DNA of 64,000 bases from Trichoplax adhaerens (Eukaryota; Animalia; Placozoa). Under the pieces are notes generated by a model. It was given only the letters and a program-made list of their open reading frames with translations, was not told where the DNA came from and did no database searches. Within the stretch, counting starts at the first letter, position 1, and every line of letters begins with the position of its first letter. The translations under genes and the position numbers were made by a program. The stretch is from positions 378,679 to 442,678 of the forward strand of contig NW_002060950.1 of the NCBI RefSeq assembly GCF_000150275.1, written 5' to 3'. Shown one piece after another: positions 26,001 through 39,337 of this stretch.

Positions 26001-29000
26001 TCGCTAAACAAATTAGAAGAGTTTTTAGTATTACCGTAGCGTTTATCGTATGCAAAATGATTAATTTACTCTCCTTTTCTCTATCGTTTGAATGCTATAA
26101 TTGGATTAATTAGTATTTATTCCTCTTGAACATTTGATAACATAATCAATGATTTAACTTAAGTCATATTATTAGACAATCATTTCACTAAACAAATTAG
26201 AAAAAAATTGCTAGTTATAGCATTTATCATGCGTAGAATGATCGAATTACTCTTCTCTTGATCATTTTAATCAGTAAGACAGAATTTGATTAATCCGTAT
26301 TTATTCCTTCTGAATATTGGTACTACATGATGGCTTTTAATTAAATTGGACTATTGATTGAGCTTAAATCAAGTTAGACAATTATTTCACTAAACATATT
26401 AGAAAATGGCTGCTATTAGCATTTATCGCGCGTAGAATGATTAAGTTACTCTTCTCTCGTCATTTTAATCAGTAAGATATAACTTGATTAATCAACATTT
26501 ATTCTTCCTCAACATTGGCTACAAAATAATTGATTTAACTTGCGGATAATCAGTTCACTAAAGAAATTCGAAAATTTTCCAATAATGTACTAGCATTTAT
26601 CGTGCGTAGAATTATCAAATTACTCTTATCCTTATCATTTTAATCAGATAGAATCTGATTAATCAGTATTTATTCCTCTTTAACATGGTTACAACACAAT
26701 CATTAATTGAATGTGAGTTATATCGGAAAATCAATTCGATAAACAAATTATAAAAATGGCTAATATTAGCATTTATCATGCGTAGACTGATCAAGTTACT
26801 CCTCTCTCTCAGTTACTTAATCTATAAAATAGAATTTGATTAATCAGTATTTATTCCTCCTCAATATGGATTACAACACGATCAATAATTGAGTTTGAGA
26901 CAGATTGGACAATTATTTCCATAAACAAATTATGTACGCTCGTAGAATCAGAAAAGTTGCCAATACTATGTTTATCGTGCGTCGAATGATCAAGTAACTC
27001 CTCTCGCTGTTATTTTAATTAGCAAAATAGAAATTTGATCAATCAGTATTTATTCCTCAATATGGATTACAACGTGATCATAGAGCTCGAGTCTTGTCGA
27101 GTTATCATTTTCGCTAATAAATTCTCCCAAATAAGTCCCCAATCGTAGGATTTATCGTATATGCAATAGCCAAGCAACTGCCTTTTCCATTTGAATTCGC
27201 ATTAATTCATCATAAGCATCGATAGAACATGAATAACGTTAGCTTAACTAGACAATAAATTGAACCTGAGCCTCATTCGATAATCCTTTCTCTTAAAAAT
27301 GAGCAAAAGCTCCCGAATGAGAAGATTGATCATTCATAGAGTAACCAAGTTACTCCTCTTCTCTCATTTTAATCGGTAAGATGGAATTTGATTCGTCAGT
27401 ATGGTATTGATTCATGGAGAACAGAGGTAGTACTAGAGGATTATTTGTTTAGATGGACTACTGATTGAATCTGAATCCACTTAGATCGTCATTTTACAAC
27501 TCGAGTTAAGCCTACTTAGAAAGTGATTCTCTCCCTCAATTATACGTTATGCAGATAAAATTAAATGGTTATCCACCCTAAACATGGGTCATAACCATGG
27601 GTATAACTTGAGCTCAATTCGCTAATCCTTAGAGTAAAAATAAGCAAAGCCCTTATAGGCATGGGATAGAAATGCCTGATTTTGCTTTCTCTCATGGCGT
27701 TGTTGCTTTTCAATCCACTTTGATCAAGGTCCTTTGGATCTCATATTAGTAAGGTTCACTAGTTACTTTGGTTAGTCCAAACTACGTCGTAGACCAATGA
27801 AAATTTCCTAACCTAAATTACAATCCATGTTTTAGTTTCATTTTTTATATGGCTTCTAGCCTAACATTCTGCATAGGATTAATCAGGAGAACACACAATC
27901 ACCAAAAATTTATCGTAGTGACTGACCTTGAATTGCGCTCTGCCCTAAATGAAGTTACCTTAAGCCTTAGACAATTGTCGAAATTATACGTTTGGATATT
28001 GCTTTCGAGGCTCTAATTTTGTGTTGTAAAAATAAAATGGGTGAAAATGTCAAAAAAAGTGGAAGGTAGCATTATGCCCAAAATGAAAGTACATCGATTT
28101 CGTTGCCAAGAACTTCAAGCCTTGTTGATAATGGATAAATTAGAATGATGATATTCTACTTGGCATATGACAAGAGAGAAGAATACTTGTTTTATCCCTT
28201 ATTATAGTACAAGAAATGGATTTTTACAACTGTCCATCAAGGATTACAAGTGATTTCTAAGTCAACTTGTATAGAGATTCGATCAAGGATTCTCAATCGC
28301 CATGATATCCTAACCTCTTCAACAGCCATCTGCTGCTAGTCTAATAATACATTTATTGCAATCACGATGGATTGGATTAACTTCCATTGCAGTCATAATA
28401 GATTTATTTTATTGACTCGAGGCGCCGAAAGCTTTTTCAATATTTTCCAAATAGAACCTAAGCAATACTGTGAGTACATGAACCATTTCTACGACTTCTA
28501 TCCAACCTGCCTAATCTCAGCGATTTTACGTTATCACTTGATTTTATAAACCAGAATAAATTTAATTAATCATCATCCTTATTCTGAAAAAGCATCCAAA
28601 TTAATGGATCGTTAATTGAGTATGATGGAGGTCTAAAACTCAGATACAGCGAATGTCTTGTTTCATCATGAATAAATCAACTCAAAAAATGAAAAGTAAA
28701 ATGATTTATGAATGACTGTTATAACCCATATTTAATGGACTAAATTTCAGCGTTTATTTAGCTCTCTTTTCGTAAAAATTGTGTGCACGTATAGTGACCA
28801 TTCTACAGCCCATACTTAAAGGATCGAATACTAGAGCTCAACGCTATCCAATTTCTAGCACTAATTACTACAGTAAATTGTATTGTCGATAAATGCTTAA
28901 CGGATCCATTTCTAACGTTATTAACCTCCTTCCTTAAAATGATTGATAATAACTAAAGTGCTAAAACAAATGCTTAGCATGATCCAATTTCTAGCGTTAG

Positions 29001-32000
29001 TGAGCTCCTTTCTTAAAACGGTTTATTATGACTAGGTTATTAGATCCTTTCTTAATATAATTAAGAACGTCCACGGTACTCCAGCCTATGCTTAACACGA
29101 TGCAATCTTTAGCCTTCTTGAGCACCTTTCTGCAGCCGAGACGACGATCTACCAGGGTATGTAGCGTAATCGATAATCTACTAGCGAGCTCCATCGTCTG
29201 TCTTCTAACGCAAATGATCCTTTGGCAATATTGTGGAGGATGGCATACTGCCAATCTTCACGATCGAATTGGATCAGGGTATTCTTCTCATCTTACACAG
29301 TAGTGGATAGCCTACAATGGCTACTACACATTATTATTGATTTAGCTGGGTAAATCGCATTGGTCCATTTTGTAGCATTATACCAACAAGGCTGTGATGA
29401 TATCGATCTTTCTTATTAAATTTTATCAATATTCTGTTTTCTTACGCTGACCAATTCCTATACTGCTATTCTCTTCCAATTTCATCCAAATCGATCCTAC
29501 GTGGTTAACTGACTTTCCCACGACGATATCGATACTGTAAGGAACCAACTTTGTTCTTACTCATATGAACTATAATGTTTTTATTCAGATTGAATTTAAA
29601 GCTAAACATTTTAGGTTATATCAGAATAATACTTTTGTGGTTCACTATCGGCATCCTCGTTTAGCTCTTAGTTAATAATAGCTTGTAAACTTAATATATC
29701 AGCCATCATAACTACATGACGCTTACGCACCTGCTAGTCTTTTACTGCACAAATGATCTGCTTCTTCTCATCTTATGAACATTTAGGTTTAACAAGTGAA
29801 AGCTATCTTATGCTAGTCCTTTACGGTAGGAATAGTTTACTTTTTTTCTTCCTATTTAGGTTTGATAGAGAAAACTATCTTATGCTAATCCTTTGCAGTA
29901 GAAACAGTAATTGCTCCTACACCAGTAGAAATTACTCAGCAGTTGTGATACTATACTGGTTATTCAACTTTCATGAGTATTGGTGACGTTCTTATAAGAA
30001 CAAATAAGATCAATGCACTAATCACTCACTTTTTATTGGAACTCGTCAATAGTTACGGCATAGCGACAAAATAACGCTATCAATAACGCATACTACGTCT
30101 TTAGATATATAATTAAGTCATGAAAGAAAGACTAATCATAAGAAATTCGGATATGGTCGTAGAAATACCCGTAAACAAAATATTCAAATGGATTAAAAAT
30201 TAGAGACGATAGCATAGCTCTGAAATGATCAATTAATTATCACACAAGCGGCTATACTCGTCATCTAGATAGATCTGATCGGCCATTTTAGTAAAGGAAC
30301 CAGCGCATTTTCTTTCTATTTTGCTTTTTCGAATGATTAAGATCGAATAAAATAGTTTGTAGTCCGTTATTGCAACAGATTCGTATTCACTAAATATTGG
30401 ACGAGGTCGAAGGTATAATCTTTATTCGATGAATCTTCCTTCAATAACCCAATGAATAAGATTATTTGTATAGGTTATGGATCGTATTCAATCAACGATA
30501 ACAATCACTATTTACGCATGGATATAGTTGTTGAACTATAATACCAATCATGTTTTCGATTATCTTTCCCACGTACTATTACTATTGATCTTGTTGTGGG
30601 CTTTAACAAAGTCTATTTATTGACCAATCCTTTACTTGGAAGGATTTCATTATCTTAGTATACAAGTAAGAATGTGCAAAAATGATATACGTGTATAGAA
30701 CGATCGATATTTCTATAAGAAAATGATAACGTTGAGTATTTTCCGTGCTAAATAGAATGAGATCAATCCGTGCTGTCTTTTGCGACTAAAAATCGTAATC
30801 TGTTCTCGATCACTACTTTAGAGGAGAACAAGTTATACTTGACTTTTGGTGATCAATCCTGTACAAACAATCGATATTGCGTTGAAATCAAGCAATATTA
30901 GACCGTTTTCATTTTTAAACTCTCAATATTATCTTACTTGCTCTATTTTGCGGGATATTTTTGGGCATAGTAACTATGTCAAAGCTTAAGGAAGAGATGT
31001 ATCGATAAAGAAGCATTACTACAATTTATTTCTGTCCTTTTAGTCAGTTTCTTTTTAAACGCTCAATACTATCTTGCTCTATTTTGCGAGATATTCCTTT
31101 GCATGTTACCTATGTCAAAGCTTAAGGAGAACATGCGTCGATAAAGAAGCTTTACTATAATTAATTTCAATCCTTGTAGTCAGTAAAAAATGTTATAGCT
31201 GCACTACTAGAACGGATCGATTTGTAATCTTACTATGACATTATTCGCTGAGAGCTGTCAATATCCATAAATCGATAGAAAATATCGCCGTGTCACTATG
31301 CTTAACTAGGATTTAATATCATAGAAGACCAGTTGGACTAATCCTTAATAAACTTGATCATATATAATATACCTATAGAGATAACCATAGATAGATACCG
31401 TAGTGAGTCATGAATTCAAGAGAAAATTAGATTAAAATACAAGTATATTTGTCAGAAAAAATCACCAATTTATACCGCAAAATTCATTATGCGAAGTAGC
31501 CTTAAAGATTTCATATACTGTACATGTACCTAAATTGGTATATTAATGCTAGAGCTACTGGTACGGAAAATATCAATAGATAGTAGTAAAGTGGCTGGTA
31601 ATTTTTAAAATACTCTCATCCGAAACAAAACATGTGGACGTTTGTCTTTCTCAAATTTAAGTGATATAGGTCATTCTCACCGAAGATTTATGCGTTTTAA
31701 ATCATAGCTATTTGCTATTTGCTTTAAAATCGTCGCTGGGATATTTTAAAACTTTTGAAAGTCCTCAATTATATGATAATAATAATTTTTAATTTTAATG
31801 AATTTTCTTATCTTCTTGCCTTGTTATTCTCACCTGGATATGTTTAGTTTGTTTAAACGCTATCGCTTACAGAGCAATAATTTTTATGGACTTTTCTGTC
31901 TTAAAATAGCATGGTGGTAATGATCCGTATGGATTTGTTGAATATGCCGAAAAGAATTCTGCAGCACGCGCATTAGATGCAATGAATGGTTATAGCTTTG

Positions 32001-35000
32001 GCTCAAGGGTAAGTTCGATTAATAAGTAGCGATACCTATAATTTTCAACCTAATTTAATACTGTTTTTTGGCATATGATTAATACTTTAAAAAAGTTTAT
32101 TGTGTAATAATCCAATAGGGTACCCTAAAAGTATACGATACTTGTTATACACGCTCTTAAATGAGGATTACGAATGTCGACTTTACTATAAATAAAATAG
32201 ATAGTAGCTGCCGATTGCGTTGCGTTGCGTTAATGAAATTATTTCACTATATTTTTTAAGCGGTTGGCTTAAAACTAACATTTACAGCCTATACTGTAGA
32301 ACTTGCTTTACAAATGTTATCAATCACAAGCCGCTAACGAAATTATTTCATCCTATTTTTAAGTAACTGATTCACAATTAACATTTACAGCCCTTGCTTT
32401 ACTAATATTATCAATCAAAAGCCGCTAATTGTGCGCTATTGATAAAATTATTCTCATCCTGTTTTTTGATGAGTTGATTAATAGTTAACATCTACAGTCT
32501 ATAGAACTTTCTTATTAATATTATCCATCACAAGCTAACAATTTTAAATTTATATGTGCACCAGTATGAGGAAGTGTTTTTTTAGTAATTACCAAAAAGT
32601 GATCTCGCCAAGACGCAAGAAAATCTCCACGAAAAGCTAATGCGAGTAAAAAATGAGTTCATAATATTCGCAAAGTCTTCATTTAGACTGACAGTTGAAA
32701 AAATTGATGTTCTTATTTGCAAGGAAACGGAATGTCTCTTGCGTTTCATTTAGCTTTATTTAAGAGATATGAAAGATAGTAAAATTATAATTTTAGTATG
32801 GGTAATCAACACTTAAATAGGAAGCACTCTAGTTATCTTCTCTCTAAGAATGTAACGCGGATGATGATATGATATCAGGATGTCAAATCTTTTTAATTTG
32901 ATCTTATTAATACACTAATCGATACAATTTTAATCGAACGAAAGGATTTTTTATAAAGACTAACGTAATAGTAGAGCTTACGATAGATGACATTCAGAAT
33001 ATTCTACATTTCATATCTCTACTACGCAGCTAAAATCATCAAATACACTTTTCATATGTACATTCTAATTAATTAAATTAATAGGATATGGAGATTTTAT
33101 GATAATATTAGAGTAGATTGATTTATATTTTTGGTACAATGAATAGATTTTACTTAATTGAAATTAGTTCAGCAGATATTAAAATGAAAAATATGAATAT
33201 TATTTTATACTTATTACATGCCAATGTAATGGATGGTAATCTACTAAACTATTGGCATCCATATTATAAAAATTTATAAAAGATGAAACAACGATCATTT
33301 TTTTGTATATCGTTGATAGATAATAGCTTAAAAAAATTGTCCGTTGTCGATGTTGTTGATCCAATTTCAACTTCCCATACTCATTTCCATCTATTGTTAT
33401 TTCTCCTACTTTTACGGATTGCTTTGTAACTCTTTACGACGTCTGTCTTCCGCAATCTTTTATGCTTAATGTGTTCCCTTCCCCTCATTTGTCTTTATTG
33501 CGTACTGGCTCTCTGTTCCACTTGATATACTCTTTCTTCCATTTTTACTGTAATCGCAATTGTTAATAATACGGGTATACTCACGATATCATATCTAAGA
33601 AAACAATTACCAATAATACATTAGTACCCATAGGTTGGGATAAATTAATTTAGTTCTTAAATAGGGATTTCTGTTGCTAACTTGATTTTATAAACTACAT
33701 CTCATCACCTACGGTAATGTCAAAATATTTCTTACAGATTATTTCACGCTTCTACTCGTTTACTTCTGACGGCATTGAATCATTTTCCATTTACAGCTAC
33801 TTAACAGACTAATTATTGCTTACGGCTGATTTTAGATTATACTTATTGTATCTTTTGTAATTTAAAAAAATGATATGACATTATCTAGAGTTAAAAGAAA
33901 GATTCATGAACTTATTGGTAAAATTTAGTATATAGTAATACTGTACTTTACAGTACCTTGCCAAAATTTAGTAATTCAATTTACTTGACTATAATTAAGG
34001 AATACTATTGTGTTATAACTAACATCTTGCACCATCAACCATTAATAGAAATGCACATGCAAAAAGTATACGGTATGCTAACTATATCTATCCGCTAAGA
34101 TGAAGTTATTCCAATACTTGAATGAAAGTCAGTATATCCCCTCTTTTTTAAAATAATCACGATATCTCACCTTAATTATACATAATTAATATCTTTATTA
34201 TCGATTCGTTTAATTCGGTTATAATGGCATCGATCATATCAGTAAAATTCGTTAATTAATTCAGATATCACATAAAGTTAAATGTAGTGAATACATTTTG
34301 CCTCAATAACAATCCAATCGATAATTGGTCAAATTTAGGATGGAAATAGTTTTAGTAATTTTTTAATTTACTCATCCGGATTGCCGCTTTTCATTCATTA
34401 CTACTGATTTAAAACGTTCTTTAGTACCTTTCCTAATACACATTAATTTTTCCTTAAGAATGTGGAGAAATTGAGTACAATAACACCTCCAAAATTACTA
34501 TTCATATGCATGTAATAGCACAATTTATTTTTGATTACTTCTCAATGAATCGATGACAAACCCCTACAAGGGAGTTGACATTTTTAATCCGTTCTAGAAT
34601 TATAACACACTACAATGTAACTTCATGCAAGAAATAATTAATGAGAGATTGCAGTTTGGTCTACCTTTGCAATTTAATGATAGTTTGTAGCTGAAGTAGT
34701 AGTTCTTTTTTTATTGAGTTGTGATCTTTTAATCCTATGGAATTTGCCATCTTAAAACCTTAGCGTGTATTGATGAGAATACTTCCTTCTTTCTAATCAA
34801 TTTTAAAAAAGTAAAAATTTGTTTCAATTAAATTAGGAACTCCCATTTTTTTATACTATTGACATAGATCTTACGATACTTTGTTGATATTCTTTCCGAT
34901 CATTTCATAATCGTTTCTAACAACTGGATTTGCATAATATTGATTTCATTATAGGCAATCAAGGTTAACTGGGCTACCAATTCTAGCATGAGAAAAGACA

Positions 35001-38000
35001 CAAGTAAGCTTAACTTTCATGTTCTATTAAAGTTTTGAACTATATCATAGATTGCCTAAGTTGTAATTCCGATGTCTATATTCGTTTGAAGAAATATCTT
35101 TTTATTATTACTATGAGATAAAACGTTCAATCGTAAACTAGCTATCTGTTACTGTGATTCAATTTATACTTGAAAATGGACGAATGCTTTTAGTATAGTA
35201 TTCACAAACCGACTCTGTGATAGACAACGTGTACTTTGGTGGTGGGGCTGAATTATAGAATTTTCTTTTCCCGTATATATTTCCTTGCGTATATATACTG
35301 TAATTCATACTTAATATATTGTAGTTTGATACTGTAAGCATAGCTAATAGTTATTATTTAAAATTAGATTTTAGGTGCAAATGAATTATACAGTAATTAT
35401 AATTATTAGTTTCAAATAGGCTAAGAAACAAAATGAAGCTGTGTAGTAAAACTTCAGTCTGTTGCTAATACATGTAAATTCCTTGCAAATACATACTATA
35501 AAGGTAGCTAACATTTCAAGTATTAGCTATAATCGGTATATATTCCTAAACATCGCATAAATAATAACCAATCAACCCTAAAGGTAAACAGGGTATACCG
35601 AGTCTAATTTTATTAATTAATAACTCGAAGAATATATTGACAGTTTGCACTGTTGTCAGTTATAACCGCTACCATGAATTCTAAAATTTAAGATGATGTT
35701 AACATAAACGTAATTTCATTGTTTATTGCGTTTATTCTTCCTAAATTGCGAAATTAAACCAAATATTATTAAAGAATATACCTGCTATAATGTTATAAAA
35801 TGTTGGATAGATGTAGTAAAATATACATTTAGATACACACCCAATATCCATACTACAGTATATTGAATTAATCGTAGTTTTTCTGATATTATACTATCCA
35901 AACAAGAACTAGGATGCACAGTATGGTCAATAAATACGCTATCTTTCTTTTATGCCTAATTATCTTATTCAATGTAACGATGATAGTCGATTCTATAAGA
36001 TATATTATGTTTTAGCGTATGCACAAAAAATAGAATAGGCTTCTTTATACCGTTCTATACTATTTCTAATATACTGACGAGTATCAGATTGACTGTATGC
36101 CTGATGCAGTACGAGGAAAACCTATTATTAATATTGCATTTGCATCTTTTATTAAGGTTACAGTGCTAATGTACATATACTATATTAATGTGTCTTGATA
36201 ACGAATTTGCCATTTCATATAGAAATATTTTTCACGAATTCAGTTTCTTAATCGGATAAATTTTGCAGCGAAAATCAGCTCATGCATGACTTATGAAGGC
36301 ATGCATTTTATTTCATAATTAGAACAAAGCGTTATTGTAATAGTACCCTTAATTTTTTTTAATTTGCTCTTGACATATCGGCATATAAGAGGATGATTTT
36401 GAAGTCTCGTGTTAGATAGGCTGTAATATTAAGGTTATCTATCAGATGGACTGACTAAAGAGCACTTATTGGTGGTTATTAGTGTAATTTCACTCCCGAA
36501 TTGATTAATCTATCTCAAATAGATTTCTATATTTACATGCATTTACCGCATTGATATTATACATTTATCATGCTAGTCAATCAAGTATAGGTAGTGAGAT
36601 ATCCGCTAACAGATGCAGATGAAATTTTATTTTCACTTCCAAACCTAAAAAATTTTATGACTTATAAATGCCGTATGGTAGTCATGTAATTATTATTTTA
36701 ACTGCACTCAATGCCGCTTCAAAATTAGCTTCTATATCATGATAAATTGACGCTATATCATCCAGAATATTTCTTAAATGTTAACCTTCTTATGTCATTA
36801 AAATTTCATACTCAGTAGTATCTTATGAAATAGACTCTATCTAAAGCGAATAATTACTTACATGTGATACATTATATTATTAGATCATTACCACATCTTT
36901 GTTGGAGATTTGAGTCCTGATATTGATACAACGTTACTTCGAAGTGCTTTTAATCAATTTGGTCATGTATCGTAAGTACTATTATCTAATTTTTCTTGAT
37001 CCATAACGACATAAGATATAATTCAATCATTTTTGATCTAGTGATGCTAGGGTAGTGAAAGATTCCGCCACTGGAAAGCCAAGAGGATATGGATTTGTAT
37101 CATATCAGTTCAAACATGTAAGTATAACGGATAAAAAAATTTTTAACTTTAAAAGAATGTAAGTGCGACTCTAGTTTGTCTTCTCTGAATTGAGTACAGT
37201 AGTATAATGATCGAATTTATCATCACTGAAGTACAATTGCGCCAGTATTGCAGAAAGTGCTAGCGAAAATGATTTTATTTACTCAAACCATAGTGATTAT
37301 CAATCAAATATTGCTATAATTTTATATGTAATAATCGTTGCATGTTTGATTCAAGATACTTTAAAATAAAGGTAGCAACTAAGCAGATAATGTGATACAC
37401 AGTAGTTATAAATTACTTATATTAATTTTTCTTATAGGAAGCGGAAAATGCAATGCAATCAATGAACGGTGAGATAAAATCTAAATAGTTATATCATGTT
37501 TTTCCAGCAATTTAATAATACTCATAACACAAATATACTTGATTTTAAATTGAACGTAGGCGCTTGGCTTGGTGGTAGAAATATCCGTACTAACTGGGCT
37601 ACTCGCAAGCCTGGAGCAACAACTAATCGGCAAAATAGCGACTCAAGTAAGATTCAATACGAATACGAATAATTTAAATTTGAAATTTAAAGTTAAAAAA
37701 TGGATCACCAAGAATTGGCTTTCTAACTTTAGAGTCTGATCACGTTGTATAGAATTATCCTAAGTAAAGAATAAATAACGAATTACTAAATCCATAAAAT
37801 CCATTACTAGTTCCATATTTTTGATGAATAATGTACTATCGTTATTTTGGTAGTCTAATTTCTTAGTTAATGATGGTCTAATACAGTATTGTCGCTTTCA
37901 TATACGCGTACGGCTAATGACTTAGTTAAAATATCAATAAATGAAGCAGGATATGTATAGTATACTTGTAAAACGTTCATTAATCAACTTTCTACCATAT

Positions 38001-39337
38001 GGCGTGCTTCAAAATTCAAGGTTCAACAAAATCATTAAATTATGACGAAATATATCTACAAACTGCTGTTTACAATTGTACCGTCTACGTTGGTAACTTA
38101 AGTGCTGGAACTACGGAAGAAACTTTGCGGCGCATTTTTATTCCGTTCGGTCCTATTGCAGACATTAGAGTCTTTCCCGATAAAAACTACGCCTTTATTC
38201 GTTATATGTCGCATGATCATGCTACCAATGCTATCGTAGTAATCCATGGTACTGCAGTTGAGGGATCACAAGTTAAGGTAAAGAAAGAAATTTCTAATTT
38301 TGTCGCAGATGCATATATTTACGAGGTTAAATATCATGTATTCCTTCGTGTGTCATTGAGATGGCAAATTTAAAACATATCTTAGTGTATCTTCTATACT
38401 AAAATGAGGATATTAAGCACATGGCCGATTAAAACAATATAACCTACTGATCGTCGACAGTCGATTATAATTAGAATAGATTAGTTAAAATTTGATCGCT
38501 CAAACAATAGGGTAAATTATGTACACATTTATCTAGAATATTTCTATCCAATAGGATAGAGTAACCTACATGCGTATATTTAGTTCGACTTTATCTTATT
38601 ATGACTTAAATAATACATGCATATCCTCATTTGATTCTTTAGTGTTCCTGGGGTAAGGAAGCAAATGATCCAATATTGGCTCAACAGGTGAATTTAATTA
38701 AACTAATTTCAACATGATGATTTTAAATATAATTTAGACACTTAATACTCTTATGGTATAATTAAATATTCAAAATAACGTGTATGTCATCTAGGCACAA
38801 CAGCAATTACAATTTCCGCAGTATTATTTTCAACAACAACCTCAGCAAGTTTTCCAACAGCAGCCACAACCATTTATGCAGCCGATACCAGCACCGCCAT
38901 ATCAAGTGTATACTCAATATCAACAATTTGGGTAAGATGCCATAATCTATAAAATTTACTTTTCCAAGTATATGAAGAGCTTATAACGCAATATAACTGG
39001 TCTAATCGACATTAGCTGGAATTGGAAAGCGTAAAAAGAATTAATATATTGTTGTGATATTTACTGGACCGATGATAAGTAATTTATGAATGTTATACTA
39101 ATTTACATCCTATCTATCTCTTTTAGTAATCCCGTAATGATTCCCATGGTGCAACAAACTGCTTATGCAAATCAAGTTACTCCGAGTACACAACAGCAAG
39201 CACAAATGATTCCAACTCAGCAATCATTAGGTGTGGTAACTCCTGCAGCTGCACGTGGTGCTCCAATTCTACCAGCACCACAGCCAGCTACAGCAACAAG
39301 TTATCCAGCGATGCAGCAAAGCTATCAAGTACAGTAA
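23030..39337 (+). CDS. TIA1: TIA1/TIAL1 (nucleolysin TIAR) family RNA-binding protein, 3 RRMs plus a Q/P-rich prion-like tail; 12 coding exons
   Basis: Exons at 23030-23073, 24502-24598, 31910-32008, 34955-35003, 36884-36971, 37042-37117, 37438-37468, 37560-37646, 38021-38277, 38643-38687, 38795-38931 and 39127-39337, all in phase. Translation: LYIGNLDR..CKLITE|HGGNDPYGFVEY..IKVNWAT..HIFVGDLSP..DARVVKDSATGKPRGYGFVSY..WLGGRNIRTNWATRKP..NCTVYVGNL..IRVFPDKNYAFIRY..VKCSWGKE. It is a likely pro-orthologue of vertebrate TIA1 and TIAL1. Confidence 0.93.
25620..27660. repeat. Old tandem array, ~10 units of ~175-200 bp, inside the 7.3-kb TIA1 intron
   Basis: Recurring blocks TAAACAAATTAGAAAA, TAGCATTTATC.TGCGTAGAATGATC.A.TTACTC.T.TC, TTTTAATCAG and TTGATTAATCAGTATTTATTCCTC start near 25810, 25971, 26150, 26355, 26531, 26707 and 26889. 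More degenerate copies lie near 25630, 27080, 27260 and 27600. Confidence 0.9.
28790..29115. repeat. Short degenerate repeat cluster (ATGCTTA(A/G)C..GATCCA(A)TTTCTA(A/G)C)
   Basis: Related motifs at ~28812, 28846, 28893, 28969 and 29088. Copies two and three also share CTCCTT.CTTAAAA. Confidence 0.6.
30906..31184. repeat. Tandem duplication, 2 x ~140 bp
   Basis: TTTTTAAAC.CTCAATA..CTTGCTCTATTTTGCG.GATATT..CTATGTCAAAGCTTAAGGA..TCGATAAAGAAGC.TTACTA..TAGTCAGT occurs twice. Confidence 0.9.
32232..32540. repeat. Tandem repeat, 3 x ~95-110 bp
   Basis: AAATTATT(C)TCA.C..TTTTT..TAACAT.TACAG.C..TATC.ATCA.AAGC at ~32236, ~32340 and ~32445. Confidence 0.85.

Noticed and set aside
25620-27660. CRISPR-like appearance of the regularly spaced conserved blocks
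   Set aside because: The 'spacers' are homologous to one another, the context is a eukaryotic intron, and there are no cas genes. It is a degenerate tandem repeat.
37118-37165. Second GTAAGT donor 41 nt downstream of the TIA1 exon ending at 37117
   Set aside because: It would frameshift, but a single hexamer with no other support is insufficient.
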